Positions 8,542-16,662 of a DNA stretch of 24,866 bases are shown in pieces; the first letter of the stretch is position 1; each line of letters begins with the position of its first letter. The notes beneath the pieces are model-generated. The model searched no databases. It worked only from the letters and a program-made list of their open reading frames with translations, and had not been told where the DNA came from. Both the position numbers and the translations under genes were made by a program. The DNA is from a virus (Duplodnaviria; Caudoviricetes): positions 1-24,866 of the IMG/VR virus record IMGVR_UViG_3300008255_000452; one strand, given 5' to 3'.

Positions 8542-9280
8542 TGTTTGCCCTTTCTATGTTGTAGTATGCCTTAATTAGTCCATCAGAACGCAAATGAACC
8601 CTGCAATCACCAAGCAGGGGCAGGATGCGCTCAAAGTTATACATTTGGTTAAGCATCTCCGGCGTCGTTATGAACTTCTGCTCACCAAGAGAATAAACTA
8701 TTGTTCTATCATTGTCATTTTGTTACTGCTCATAGGCGTGATGTGCCTCGCCTATGCTGCTGTCCATGCCATAAAGGTATAAATCATCAAAGCCCAAGGT
8801 ATATGCAAGCGGTATCGAGGTCATGCCCACAGTTCCCTTGCCTGATATGTATAGAAAGTTATCAATCTTCTGACGCTTGGCTATATTGTTAACGCTTTTA
8901 TATGGGAAATCCCCTATTTCCACATGCACAATACTGTCAGGTTGACACCTCTCTATGCTTTTTGGGTGGCACTGCGATGCCATCATGTACACGCAATCGG
9001 CCATTCTGGTCTTTACAAAATCATTGCATATTCGCGCGTCTAGCTGGAAAAAGATGTCTGGCATAATGCCATTATCAAGTAGATATTCATGCGCGCCATT
9101 GGTGGCCAATATCATGCCATCAAACCCGCGCAGATCATCCAGATAGTTGGCTATACTTGGCGCGCCCCCCACAATTGCCACCTTGCCCTTAAATATGCAC
9201 ATATCCTCGCAAAGCCAAGGTATATTAAGCCTGCTGGCAGAGAGGATATTGTTTCTTAAAAGCTCCTTGCTAACGTTCAT
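8531..9280 (-). pseudogene. Maf/MptE-like (DUF115, MAF_flag10) protein interrupted by an in-frame TAA at 8725-8723
   Basis: VAIVGGAPSI, ATNGAH, DAR, MASQCHP, GTVG, LGFDDLYLYGMDSS, HHAYEQ motifs; after the TAA the frame stays open for 63 codons (QNDNDRTIVY...KFITTPEM...RVHLRSDGLI) that align with the C-terminus of the upstream paralog. Confidence 0.8.
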
Positions 9281-11264
9281 TCATTACCCACTGCATTAAC
9301 CCATCGCCATAGAAATAGACCTCCGCATCCGGCAACCGTGTAAGTAAATCCTGCATCTGCTTGACCTGCTTTATCATCCACCACTCAGACATAAACTTAC
9401 GCCCGCGCACGATAACCCCTACCTGTTCCTTGCCGTCGTTTAGGGTCTGTTCATAGGCATGGTGCCTGTCCGCAAGCACCGAACTGTCAGCGCCGAATAT
9501 GTGAAACTTCCTGTAACCTATAGCATAGGACAGCGTAATTGTGGTTAGAAGCACCGTTGTGCCACCCCCCACAAGAAAAGAATCATTTAACAAATGATCT
9601 GTAAGGCCGGACATATCGGGGTGCCATAACCATGTGTCATAGTTTTTCAGGTTTTCAGTAACCTTTGGATGTACGCATGATGCCATAAGATAGGTTGTCC
9701 GCTTATTAGGTCTGTCAACAAACGCTGCATTCTCCTCGCGTGCATCCATTATGACCTGATATTGTGGCGTTATATTCCTATCCATAAGCCACTTTGCGGT
9801 GTTGTTAAGGGCAAATACATCCCCCAAGCCGGGTATCTCTTTATAGGTTTGCTCAAGCGATGGCGCACCGCCAACAATAACCGCCGCGCTTTCCCTGTCC
9901 TTGCTGTTCTTTATCTCTTTTAGGCCAAGTCCTAGATTGTGCATGGTGTTTTTAATCAGTTCGGCGTCTTTGGTATTTACGGATTGCAAGCTCGGATCAA
10001 ATACTGGTTCTGCAACCGCTGAGGCATTCCAGAACAGCCCCACCCACCCCCTTGTTACCTCGTGCGGGCGCGGCTTCCCGTGAAAACATACCATTTTTGC
10101 ACCGGCAGGAGGCCATCCACGACAATGTAGTTTATAGCTATAAACCGCGTGCATGTCTTGAATCCTATCTGCCTTTGGGCGCATACGCTCAATCCATGCC
10201 TGATCGCCTATCGTATCGCTACCCGATATTTTCTCAGGCTTGCCCGCCTGAAGCCACTTAAACCATATATCGGAATGGTCGCCATTCCACATCATCACGC
10301 CTGAACCTAAGCCATCTGTACGCAGGAAATCCCGCAAGCAAGCAAATGGTCCGCTATAGGCGGCCATCTTATCAAGATTTCCGGTGATAACCGTATCCAA
10401 GTCAATATAAAGGCACCTGTCCTTTTCGTTAAGGAACGGGTAAAGTTTGTTCCACCATCCGGTTACATTGCCCGGAAGCCCCTTAACCACCACGCCGAGA
10501 ACCAGGCCTGTCGCGTCATCAGTATAGCATATAAATTTATGTGCCACCGAAAGGTTGCGGGCAACCATTGCTGCCAAATTATTGACATATTCAGCACCGT
10601 ATTTTGTTCCCCATTTTACGCACACAACGTTTAGTTTTGGAACGAGTAAATGTTTATACTTGTCTCTAAATGCGAGATATTTTAGCTTTTCTTCTGCGCC
10701 ACTTGGTCTGTCCTGATAGGTCTTATCCATAGATGATTTACCAACGCTGTAATGATGGTGCGTCAGCTTAACGTGTGGCAAAACAATCTGCTCACCCGCC
10801 TCATACCACCATTGATCTGCACCTTGATGATCTGCGCCCAAAGGAACTACAAACCCCCATTTTCTGGCCAAATCGCCGCCAATAAAGCAATGTGTAGGAA
10901 AATACCTATCAGGGCAATGTGATGTATGGTCTATGCCATCATCACCATATGCTACTTTATCAGGCAGGCACGCATCTATTAACTCTCTGTCCCATTGATA
11001 CGTTTCTGGCACGACATCATCCGCCATAAATCCATAGTATTCTTCATTAGGGAACTCTTCAAACACCTTGTTGTAATGAGAACATGCTCCCTTGCCACCC
11101 TCATATACCCTTAGCCTCCATCCAAACGGCAGCTCTATGCCGTTGTAGCTGTTATCGTCAGTCTCTATAATGATTACGTGAGGTTCCGTGACACCGCATT
11201 CACGGCAGGAATCTATATAGCGCTCTAGGCTGGAACGCCTACCCTTGGTCGGCAATAGAATCAC
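9270..11264 (-). CDS. Tri-domain putative glycosyltransferase: GT2-like + GT8-like GT-A + Maf/MptE-like (664 aa)
   Basis: Domain 1: ILLPTKGR...YYGFMADDVV...HHHY. Domain 2: VVCVKWGTKY...GWWNKL...LYIDLDTVI...GDQAWI...VCFHGKPRPH. Domain 3: AVIVGGAPSL...GGGTTV...GYRKFHIFGADSS...HHAYEQ. Confidence 0.85.
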   Translation of the reverse strand: MILLPTKGRRSSLERYIDSCRECGVTEPHVIIIETDDNSYNGIELPFGWRLRVYEGGKGACSHYNKVFEEFPNEEYYGFMADDVVPETYQWDRELIDACLPDKVAYGDDGIDHTSHCPDRYFPTHCFIGGDLARKWGFVVPLGADHQGADQWWYEAGEQIVLPHVKLTHHHYSVGKSSMDKTYQDRPSGAEEKLKYLAFRDKYKHLLVPKLNVVCVKWGTKYGAEYVNNLAAMVARNLSVAHKFICYTDDATGLVLGVVVKGLPGNVTGWWNKLYPFLNEKDRCLYIDLDTVITGNLDKMAAYSGPFACLRDFLRTDGLGSGVMMWNGDHSDIWFKWLQAGKPEKISGSDTIGDQAWIERMRPKADRIQDMHAVYSYKLHCRGWPPAGAKMVCFHGKPRPHEVTRGWVGLFWNASAVAEPVFDPSLQSVNTKDAELIKNTMHNLGLGLKEIKNSKDRESAAVIVGGAPSLEQTYKEIPGLGDVFALNNTAKWLMDRNITPQYQVIMDAREENAAFVDRPNKRTTYLMASCVHPKVTENLKNYDTWLWHPDMSGLTDHLLNDSFLVGGGTTVLLTTITLSYAIGYRKFHIFGADSSVLADRHHAYEQTLNDGKEQVGVIVRGRKFMSEWWMIKQVKQMQDLLTRLPDAEVYFYGDGLMQWVMNER

Positions 11265-11871
11265 GAATAAACTCCCTTATTTCTTCTAACGTATCGTGGG
11301 TAGGCTGCACATAAGGAGTATGATAAGGAAACTCCCCATATTCGGGGGCTGCAATCCCAAGCTCTTCCAATATGTCCCTTATTACCATTGCATTGCCAGA
11401 AACATTAACCGTGCCCTCCCCAGATAGATACCCCACTACTGATTCATGCTGGATATAACCAAAAGTGCTGTCAGGCGTTACCGTAACCTTATTTCCGCTG
11501 ATAGCCCTTGTCAATGTATTTGGTCTGGCATCCCTTCCAATCAGGCCGCCAAGCCTTAATATCAAGTGTTTGCCATACGACTGACGGACAAACTGCTCAC
11601 AACGCAACTTTGTCATAGCATAACCCGTATGCCCAAGATGGAAAGCGTTATAAACATCCAGCGATGAAATATAGGTGAACTTGTCGCATGGTATGGAAAA
11701 TAGGCTGCGGAGCATGTCGTCATTTTCATGGGGATGCTTGCTGTGCGCGCAATGGATGATGTTTGAATAATGCTTTTTTGGTATAGAGTCGCCACGCTTC
11801 CAGCCGTCACAGCCGAGGCGGTTGTGGAGGTATTTGCCAAGTCCAGAAGTAATGCCCGTTACTAATATCAT
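11239..11871 (-). CDS. NAD(P)-dependent epimerase/dehydratase (short SDR, 210 aa)
   Basis: ILVTGITSGLGKYL Rossmann motif, IIHCA, YISSLDVY, catalytic YAMTK (YxxxK), LILRLGGLIG. Confidence 0.85.
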   Translation of the reverse strand: MILVTGITSGLGKYLHNRLGCDGWKRGDSIPKKHYSNIIHCAHSKHPHENDDMLRSLFSIPCDKFTYISSLDVYNAFHLGHTGYAMTKLRCEQFVRQSYGKHLILRLGGLIGRDARPNTLTRAISGNKVTVTPDSTFGYIQHESVVGYLSGEGTVNVSGNAMVIRDILEELGIAAPEYGEFPYHTPYVQPTHDTLEEIREFIRDSIADQG

Positions 11872-11903
11872 AAAAAAGGAAGCGGGGAGCCGAAGCCCCC
11901 CGC
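11872..11903 (-). terminator. Intrinsic terminator after the capsid/decoration genes
   Basis: Minus strand GCGGGGGGC-TTCG-GCTCCCCGC-TTCCTTTTTT: 9-bp stem with one G-U pair, cUUCGg tetraloop, U-tract. Confidence 0.88.
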
Positions 11904-11912
11904 AGTTTAGGA

Positions 11913-12395
11913 TTAAGGAGTTGCCGTCCCACTCGGATACGTTGCGCGTGCCTCAACAGTGTTGAGAGACGCGGTAGCGTTAAGCGTGACAAGCGTGACG
12001 CCACGAATGAGGACTGCCGTAGAGGTGGCCGTATCATCCAGAACGCCCGCCGTAGCGGTAGTGTAGAGCTGTACGTCTTTTGCACAGCTTGCAGCAACAC
12101 GGATATTAATGTTGCCATTTGCACGAAGGGGAACCCAAGCGAATTCACCATCAGCCAGCGCGAGCTGCGAAAAGCCAATAGTATGGCCATCGTTAGCAAG
12201 CGTTGCTGTGATAGCAACCGCAAGGTTATCCTCGTCAATAGCAATCGTGTCGTACTGCGTAATTGCGCCGTTTGCTTCGACAAACATCCATTCCTGACCA
12301 TTAGTCGCAAGAACGGTGGTGCCTAATTCAAATTCGGCGGTATCGTAAACCTTGGAAAAGTCTGCACCAATCAGACCAGAAGTAGCGTGTGGCAT
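11913..12395 (-). CDS. Capsid decoration/cement protein (160 aa, Thr/Ala-rich)
   Basis: Directly after the MCP, strong AAAGGAAAG RBS before ATG 12395, followed by a terminator; LYTTATAGVLDD motif. Confidence 0.75.
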   Translation of the reverse strand: MPHATSGLIGADFSKVYDTAEFELGTTVLATNGQEWMFVEANGAITQYDTIAIDEDNLAVAITATLANDGHTIGFSQLALADGEFAWVPLRANGNINIRVAASCAKDVQLYTTATAGVLDDTATSTAVLIRGVTLVTLNATASLNTVEARATYPSGTATP

Positions 12396-12408
12396 AGTCT
12401 TTCCTTTC

Positions 12409-13359
12409 TTACACTGTAAGGACGGCTTGGAGTTCACGATTACTGCAAGTCAAATTGCCTTGGAAGATAATCGGGAATACCATAGCGTCTTGGTTAACGG
12501 GGCGCATACCTTCGAGAGGCGTAAAATACGCATCCTGATGAACATCGGAAAACAGGTAATCGGTATTCAGAAGGTACATGCGGCTGTGGGTAGTGGAGAT
12601 GCCAACGGCATCGTCAAGAACCACATCCGAACCCTTATAGCGGTACGTGATGAAACCAGCCTCAGCCATCTTGGAATCGGTGAAGCGCTGATTGGCCTGC
12701 AACGAGTCCTCGAAATGACCGAAGAAAGTGGTGTCTGCCACAATGATGTCAGGCTGATCAGCGCCACGAGTGATACTGTTATATGCAGTATTCATGCGGC
12801 TCAGTATGTTGCCTGCGCTGGTGGCGGCAGAGTTGGCATAGTTACGCCAGAAGCTGAAGTTGGCAGCGTTAATGCCACCAACAATGCCGGTTGACGGGCT
12901 GTCGGCAACAATAGCCTTCAAACCATCAATCTGCTTTCCACTGGTGCCTGTACCATCAGAGTAGATACCTTCGGAGATCTTGTTGCTCATGGTACGCATC
13001 GCGTTCTTGATACGCGCATCGAGCAGATTCACAACACCGAAGCTACCAGCGTTCTGGCGCATTTCAAGGCCAGAGATGGTTACTGCTACAGCGGCCTGAC
13101 GCCAGTTGTATTCAGCAGCGGAAAGAACTTCCGAGGCAGATACGTCAAGGGTTTCATAGCCAGAGTAGTACTTGAATGTGCCGTTTTCGGCATAATCAAG
13201 CTCTTTTACAATCGTGCGGCCACCGGCCAGACGATTAATCGCACCCTTCTTTTCAAGCATGGCCAGCAACGCATTTTTACTTGTTACGTTGTCAGCAAAC
13301 TCACCAGAACGGTTGCGAAGGGTAGTGGAGATAATCTCCGACAGATTAGGAGCTGTCAT
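12409..13359 (-). CDS. Major capsid protein (HK97 fold, 316 aa)
   Basis: PNLSEIISTTLRNRSG..ADNV..NALL, GGRTI..L.YAENGT...YSGYE, IYSDGTG..GKQI.GL, PVNQDA, GNLTCSNR; follows the scaffold gene; AAGGA RBS. Confidence 0.93.
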   Translation of the reverse strand: MTAPNLSEIISTTLRNRSGEFADNVTSKNALLAMLEKKGAINRLAGGRTIVKELDYAENGTFKYYSGYETLDVSASEVLSAAEYNWRQAAVAVTISGLEMRQNAGSFGVVNLLDARIKNAMRTMSNKISEGIYSDGTGTSGKQIDGLKAIVADSPSTGIVGGINAANFSFWRNYANSAATSAGNILSRMNTAYNSITRGADQPDIIVADTTFFGHFEDSLQANQRFTDSKMAEAGFITYRYKGSDVVLDDAVGISTTHSRMYLLNTDYLFSDVHQDAYFTPLEGMRPVNQDAMVFPIIFQGNLTCSNRELQAVLTV

Positions 13360-13377
13360 TTTGTCATCCTTCTAGAG

Positions 13378-14379
13378 TTAAGATTGTTGCATCCTTGCAG
13401 CTAACTCTTCTCGGATAGACATCTTGCTGTAGTCAACGCGGGAACCACCCTTGTTATTAACAGCTTTAGATGCTTTCCTAGCCTGAGCGATCTTCTGCTT
13501 CAGCTTTCCGACATCAACTGCATTTGGTTCCGGTTCACTAGATTCGTTGGTGGCTACCTTGATTGCCTTGGAATATGCTTCCTCTAGGGTCTTGGCCTTG
13601 CCTGTTTGAATGAGTGTACCCATCAGGGGCGCTACCTCCTTAAACAACGGGTGCTTTAATTCACCCGTTGAAGGGTCGGTGGCATTCTCGAATTGCTGAA
13701 GCTGCGCCTGCACGGGCTGGTTGGCAACTTGACCACGCAATTCTTGTAACTCAGATTTTAGCTGAGTTATTTCTTTGTTATCATTATTACCGTATTCTTG
13801 ATCAAAGTCAAAATCTTTATCAACCGGCATGATCTGCTCTGGCTTTACTCCAAATTTTTCCATAATCATGCGGACTGTATCAACCGGCTTTGAGTGCAGC
13901 GCCTGCTCCCACTGAATCATGTTCTGCATATACTGCGCCTTGCTGATGCCGCTCTGCTGCATCATAGACTCAAAGGGCTGAAATACCTGATTGATATCAT
14001 CCATTGCCTTGGTTTTCTCAGCAAATTCCTTGGACTTGGCATAAAACCCCCTCTTCAGGTTGTTGTAGCGCTCTATCAATATTTGTGCTGCAAGCTGCTT
14101 ATCCTCATCCTCTGAATCCAGAAGCGCCTGCAATACGCCGCGCTCATCTTCAGACATATCCTTTGGTATAAGGGGGTATTCTTCTTCTACCTTTTGGGCA
14201 ATCTCGTCAGTTTCCTCAATTTCGGTTTCGGTTTCGGTTTCCTGCTCGGTTACAACCTCAACATCATCCGGTTCAGTCATATCCGGCTGCGATGCCGACT
14301 CAAGAGCTGCCGTCAATTCTTCCCTGATTGTTGTACTCTTTGGTTGTACTACTTCAGATTCCTGTGTCATCATTTGCAT
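13378..14379 (-). CDS. Capsid scaffolding protein
   Basis: Acidic N-terminus, helical/coiled-coil body, basic C-terminus, TIREEL/SIREEL at both ends; directly before the MCP. Confidence 0.78.
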   Translation of the reverse strand: MQMMTQESEVVQPKSTTIREELTAALESASQPDMTEPDDVEVVTEQETETETEIEETDEIAQKVEEEYPLIPKDMSEDERGVLQALLDSEDEDKQLAAQILIERYNNLKRGFYAKSKEFAEKTKAMDDINQVFQPFESMMQQSGISKAQYMQNMIQWEQALHSKPVDTVRMIMEKFGVKPEQIMPVDKDFDFDQEYGNNDNKEITQLKSELQELRGQVANQPVQAQLQQFENATDPSTGELKHPLFKEVAPLMGTLIQTGKAKTLEEAYSKAIKVATNESSEPEPNAVDVGKLKQKIAQARKASKAVNNKGGSRVDYSKMSIREELAARMQQS

Positions 14380-14659
14380 TGCCCTTTTGCTTGTTAATGG
14401 ATTCTTCCCTTGTCAGCCCTTGATTGCCCTTTTTGGTGTAATCATTGCCCACTTGTACTACGTCATGCTTAACATTGTGGTCACGAAGGGCAGCCTTACT
14501 GGTTATTGCCTTGCCGTCAATAGGGCTGATAAATTCCTTAAAAGCCTCGGCACCCATGACTGTTACCCTGTCACCCGGCTCAAGCGGTTTCCATCCAGCA
14601 GGCTTCCATGCTTGGAACTCTTCTTTGGTTACTTCCCTTCCGTTAATCTTGTAAACCAT
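14354..14659 (-). CDS. Hypothetical protein between portal and scaffold (101 aa)
   Basis: TAATG-coupled to the portal stop; FISPIDGKAITSKAALRDHNVKHDVVQVGND segment. Confidence 0.75.
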   Translation of the reverse strand: MVYKINGREVTKEEFQAWKPAGWKPLEPGDRVTVMGAEAFKEFISPIDGKAITSKAALRDHNVKHDVVQVGNDYTKKGNQGLTREESINKQKGNANDDTGI

Positions 14660-16620
14660 TAGACGCCTACAAATTCATTGCCCTTGCTGTTCGCCTCTGC
14701 CCTAGTCGCATCGGCTTTAATGGCGGCATTAATCGCTTCAATGTTAATCTTGTCCCGCTTAAACTCCGCATCCACGCCTATTTCACGCGCCTTAAGCATG
14801 TTTTCCTGCTGCTGAAGCTGTATCTTTGCCAAGTCTAACTGCGCCTCAATACGCATCTTCTCCATCTCCACACGTGAACGCATTTCCTCACGCTGTAGCT
14901 CTGCCTGCGCTAATATCTCTTCTGGTCTTGGCTTCGCCTCAGGCGGGTTGGCCAGCATAAAATCTAAGTGGTCCTGTACTTCCTGTTGAATATGACGGCC
15001 AAGTTTAAACCGCTCAATAATCTCCATGCCGACCTTTGCGGCTGCCTCCGGCCCAATGCCCTGCGATAAGGACGGGGCAATCTCTACATACTGCGCCATA
15101 GCCGTAATAGCCTCAGTTAGCGCAGCCCTTTCTTCCTCATCATCATCAAGTATTGTCGAGTCGGTTTGGATATCAACAGTTATGCTGATTGGCTCCTGCT
15201 CCCGCAGGTTCTTTAGCAAGTCCTCAACGCCGACATGCTTAACCTTGCCCGTAGACTGTCCCTGCTCGTCAGTCTCCATCTCTGTCTTAAGAGGCATGTT
15301 GGTGACGATGGATAAAGCCTGTGGGTCAAACTGGGTAACAATGATGTTGCCAGTTATTCTGAGCAAATCACGCATGTACTCGGCAACCTTCTTCTGGTAG
15401 GTGCTGATGCGTATTGTGCCATATCTGGATTTAAGTTTCTGCGCCCCCAATGTTTCTCTGGGGTCAGTCTGGGCGCGGCGTATGTCGCTAATGCCAATAA
15501 GTTGGAATATATCGTTTAGTATTTGCTGCCTGCTCTGCTCAAGCACCGTAAGGATGTTGGCGTAACCAGTGATATCCTCGGTCTGCATTACACCCGCTAA
15601 GCCGCCCTTAGAGGTAAAGTCCGTCCAGTTCTTAACAGGCCAGAAATCACCGTCCTGCATGTCGTTAATGTTGCCAAGATCATCAATGGCCGAATCATAA
15701 AACCCGCGTCGGCGCATGTTGTCAAGCATGTGGTAAATGCGGCTATTTATAATATCCAGCTCTATTGCCTGATCTTCGTACATGGTATAAAACGGCACTG
15801 GTAAAGCCGTATCGCTGGTTTCTATAGCCATCAGCGGCTTGGGGACAGGAAAGAACCCATCTAATTGAAGCGGGTCATCCTGAATATCCAAAGGAGCCTT
15901 GGTCATGCTTGAGGCCCAGAATAACTGCTCTTGGTTGTGTTTGTCCCAAATTTCCCACACCTCGCACATCATCAGCGCGGAGTCGTTTTTCTTCTTGTAC
16001 TTATTATCCTTGGTTGCGCGCGGCTCATATTTAAGCATGTTGGCCTTATCTACGCCAAACATATCCGCAGCCTCGTCAAATGTCATATAGGTGCGGAAGG
16101 CAACCCAAGGCATAGACTCCCATTCTGCAACGTCTGGAAAGAGAAAGTCCTCCCAGTATACATAATCAAAATCTATGGCTTCATAGACAACTTCGCTAAG
16201 GTCATCGTTTTCAATCATGAGCGGCTTGTATTTAGGGCGAATAACCCCCATTCCCGGCAGAAGAAAGTCCTTAATGGCCTTGCGCGCCTTCTGGTCAAAG
16301 GAGCTATTGTTAACGTAATAGTCAACAGCAAGCTCGATCATTTTCGCTCCATTACGCGAAGCAATGTCCTTGGAATCATTTGACCGCACCTCTGCCTTTG
16401 GGGTCTTGGCATAAACCACCGGCTCGAGTGTGTCCGTGTTAGAGTACATGATGTTATAACGGCGTTCGCTTGGCAATCTGTCATCGCCACGATAGCGGCT
16501 GACTATCTTCCTGCCAGTATTGTCGAACTTCTCACGGTCATCACATGCCGCCTCAATCTGGTTTTTCCAGTAAATGTAGGTTTTGGCATCATAGCTATTC
16601 TTATCGCGCGGCTCGATCAT
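14659..16620 (-). CDS. Portal protein (P22-like, C-terminal coiled coil, 653 aa)
   Basis: Follows terL; YNIMYSN, VYWEDF, VWEIWDK, GFFPVPKP, ETLGAQKLK, DIQTDSTI motifs; AGGGA RBS. Confidence 0.9.
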   Translation of the reverse strand: MIEPRDKNSYDAKTYIYWKNQIEAACDDREKFDNTGRKIVSRYRGDDRLPSERRYNIMYSNTDTLEPVVYAKTPKAEVRSNDSKDIASRNGAKMIELAVDYYVNNSSFDQKARKAIKDFLLPGMGVIRPKYKPLMIENDDLSEVVYEAIDFDYVYWEDFLFPDVAEWESMPWVAFRTYMTFDEAADMFGVDKANMLKYEPRATKDNKYKKKNDSALMMCEVWEIWDKHNQEQLFWASSMTKAPLDIQDDPLQLDGFFPVPKPLMAIETSDTALPVPFYTMYEDQAIELDIINSRIYHMLDNMRRRGFYDSAIDDLGNINDMQDGDFWPVKNWTDFTSKGGLAGVMQTEDITGYANILTVLEQSRQQILNDIFQLIGISDIRRAQTDPRETLGAQKLKSRYGTIRISTYQKKVAEYMRDLLRITGNIIVTQFDPQALSIVTNMPLKTEMETDEQGQSTGKVKHVGVEDLLKNLREQEPISITVDIQTDSTILDDDEEERAALTEAITAMAQYVEIAPSLSQGIGPEAAAKVGMEIIERFKLGRHIQQEVQDHLDFMLANPPEAKPRPEEILAQAELQREEMRSRVEMEKMRIEAQLDLAKIQLQQQENMLKAREIGVDAEFKRDKINIEAINAAIKADATRAEANSKGNEFVGV

Positions 16621-16662
16621 ATATCCCTATTTAACACTAATTTTACATATCTGCAATGTATA

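Noticed and set aside
8723-8725. Stop-codon reassignment (alternative genetic code)
   Set aside because: TAA, TAG and TGA all terminate other genes at coupled junctions, and only one internal stop was found
8531-9980. Reading the MptE-like domains as folate/pterin auxiliary metabolic genes
   Set aside because: The family includes Maf glycosylation factors; fusion to GT domains and the adjacent sugar epimerase favour a glycan role, and no pterin pathway genes are present
11807-12310. 167-aa alternative-frame ORF crossing the terminator; possible frameshift or readthrough fusion of decoration protein and epimerase
   Set aside because: Off-frame shadow; the decoration stop and the epimerase start are separated by 41 nt (out of frame) and I saw no convincing slippery site
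16621-16662. Possible CtrA box or promoter between terL and portal
   Set aside because: Only an imperfect TTAA-N7-TTTA match in a short AT-rich spacer; expected by chance
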